A stretch of 64,000 nucleotides of DNA from positions 3,712,255 to 3,776,254 of the forward strand of contig CAJINV010000006.1 in NCBI GenBank assembly GCA_905178155.1. The letters run 5' to 3'. The DNA is from Amoebophrya sp. A120 (lineage: Eukaryota > Protista > Dinoflagellata). Of the stretch, positions 62,805 to 64,000 are shown one piece after another. Below the pieces are notes generated by a model. It saw only the letters and a list, made by a program, of their open reading frames with translations. It made no database searches and was not told where the DNA came from. The stretch's first letter is position 1; every line of letters begins with the position of its first letter. The translations under genes were made by a program, and so were the position numbers.

Positions 62805-64000
62805 CAAGGTCCGAGCACGGGGGCTGGGGCCCCCGTGCAGAGACCTTGCATCTTTGAGGGGCATTGGGCGGCCGGAGCAGTTTCCGAGGCCGTGCGGGCT
62901 TGCTCCGCGCGACATTCGAACGCAACCGCAACGGGGACGCGCGTCGCGAAGTAGAGGAATGGCCAGTGCCGCGCCATCCCCAGCGGGCTACCACATAGGG
63001 CGCCCCGATGGGCGCCCGAGGGGTGGCGCGTTCGCCTCCACTTGCAGGACCCCGACACCGGCCTGCAAGCTGATGGCAAGCGTTTCGAAGTCGGCGCCGG
63101 GCCATTGGGCGCCGCTGCCTGGCGGCCCTACTTCAGGAGAGAAGCGCTTGGCGGGCGGCCTAACTTCTAAAAGCCGGCGGCACACCTGCGGAAGGAAGCG
63201 GCCCCCAGCCTTGCGGAAGTCGCCGCCCGGCTTTTCTTTGGCCAATGCGGCCGGGCTTTTGGATGTCTGCGCCGGCCGGAATCCCGCAAGCCGCCGACCA
63301 CGGACGCGAGGCCGGTCCCGGATTTCTGGAAGCGCTGGCGGGCTTTTGATTGAAAGCGACCCGGCGGCAGACGTTGGCAACCCGCTCGCCCGTGTCCCCC
63401 TGCCAGTCTCCGCGGGAAACCGGGCAGGCAGCGCCTTCGGCCGCTCGACTCTTTCTCTGTGAAGCTTCGGGCCGCGGTTTTGGTCCGTGTCCCCGTGCCA
63501 GCTCGCGCGAGAAGCCGGGCAACCCCTTCGCCCTACTCTGGGCAGCCCCTGGCCATGGTTTTGCTCCGTGTCTGTGCCCACGCCAGTTGGCGCGAGAAAC
63601 CCAGCCGGGCACCTCCTGCGCCCAAGTCTTGGAAACTACTAAGCGCAGGCCGCGGCCTGCCCCCGTGTGCGTCCCCAAGCCAGTCTGCGCGAGAAAGCGG
63701 GCGGGCACCGCCTTCGCCCGGCTGATTCTGCGAAGCTTCGGGCCGCGCTTTTGCGCAGTGCACCCCCATGCCAGTTTGCGGGAGAAACCAGGCACCGCCC
63801 TCGCCCAATTCTGGGGGGGAGCGGTTTTGCTCCGTGTGCCAGTGCGGCGGAAGCGGTTCCGGCCGCGGCTTTGCTCCGTGTCCCCGCGCCATTTTGCGCG
63901 AGAAACCGGGCACCGCCCGCGCCCAATTCTTGGGGGGGAGCGGTTTCGCTCCGTGTGCCAGTGCGGCGGAAGCGGTTCGGGCCGCGGCTTTGCTCCGTGT
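62805..64000. repeat. GC-rich insert with degenerate 80-120 bp tandem repeats, nested inside a family-B introner starting at 62757
   Basis: Near-identical ~120-bp units at ~63761-63880 and ~63881-64000. Recurrent CCGTGT..GCCAG...GCGMGAGAAACCGGGCA from ~63390. Abrupt composition change after GCATTACAAA at 62804. Confidence 0.85.

Noticed and set aside
62758-63926. Overlapping 200-aa Pro/Gly/Arg-rich ORFs
   Set aside because: Expected from stop-poor GC-rich tandem repeats; no domain motifs.
1-64000. Many short ORFs with recurring peptides ([32 protein letters not shown])
   Set aside because: They are translations of introner TIRs and 9-mers, not a protein repeat family.
1-64000. Autonomous transposase or recombinase for the introners
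   Set aside because: No DDE transposase or tyrosine-recombinase ORF was recognised. The LINE RT has no visible sequence link to the elements.
1-64000. tRNA, rRNA or snRNA genes
   Set aside because: None recognised by eye; a covariance-model scan would be needed to exclude them.

Overview
This is eukaryotic (alveolate) genomic DNA. Its architecture closely matches the non-canonical 'introner' elements reported for the parasitic dinoflagellate Amoebophrya (ends TAT-N7-AAA, as I recall for strain A120); the organism call is an inference from architecture only. Nine well-reconstructed genes and three weaker or partial ones all lie on the minus strand. The nine are an Aurora-like kinase, alpha-tubulin, a signal-peptide protein ending in GDEL, the PP2A scaffold A subunit, an EF-hand protein, two membrane/low-complexity proteins, a glutaredoxin-like protein and a GT8 glycogenin-like protein. 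About 80 elements, mostly 115-365 bp and from at least 11 terminal-inverted-repeat (TIR) families, interrupt these genes. Nearly all run TAT...ATA and are flanked by 5-bp direct repeats (DR). Removing an element plus one DR copy by hand restores the conserved protein frame, although almost none has a GT-AG register. Unrelated families share an internal 9-mer (TTGTVATGC/GCATBACAA) and sit in either orientation. Some appear to be turning into ordinary GT-AG introns when the DR is NNAGG. Also present: a frameshifted APE+RT LINE with a zinc-finger insertion inside the RT, a probable decayed copia relic, a triplicated 33-41 bp exon motif bracketing two inserted DNA segments, and a GC-rich tandem repeat nested in an introner at the window end. 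All splicing is inferred from frame restoration; no transcript data were seen.
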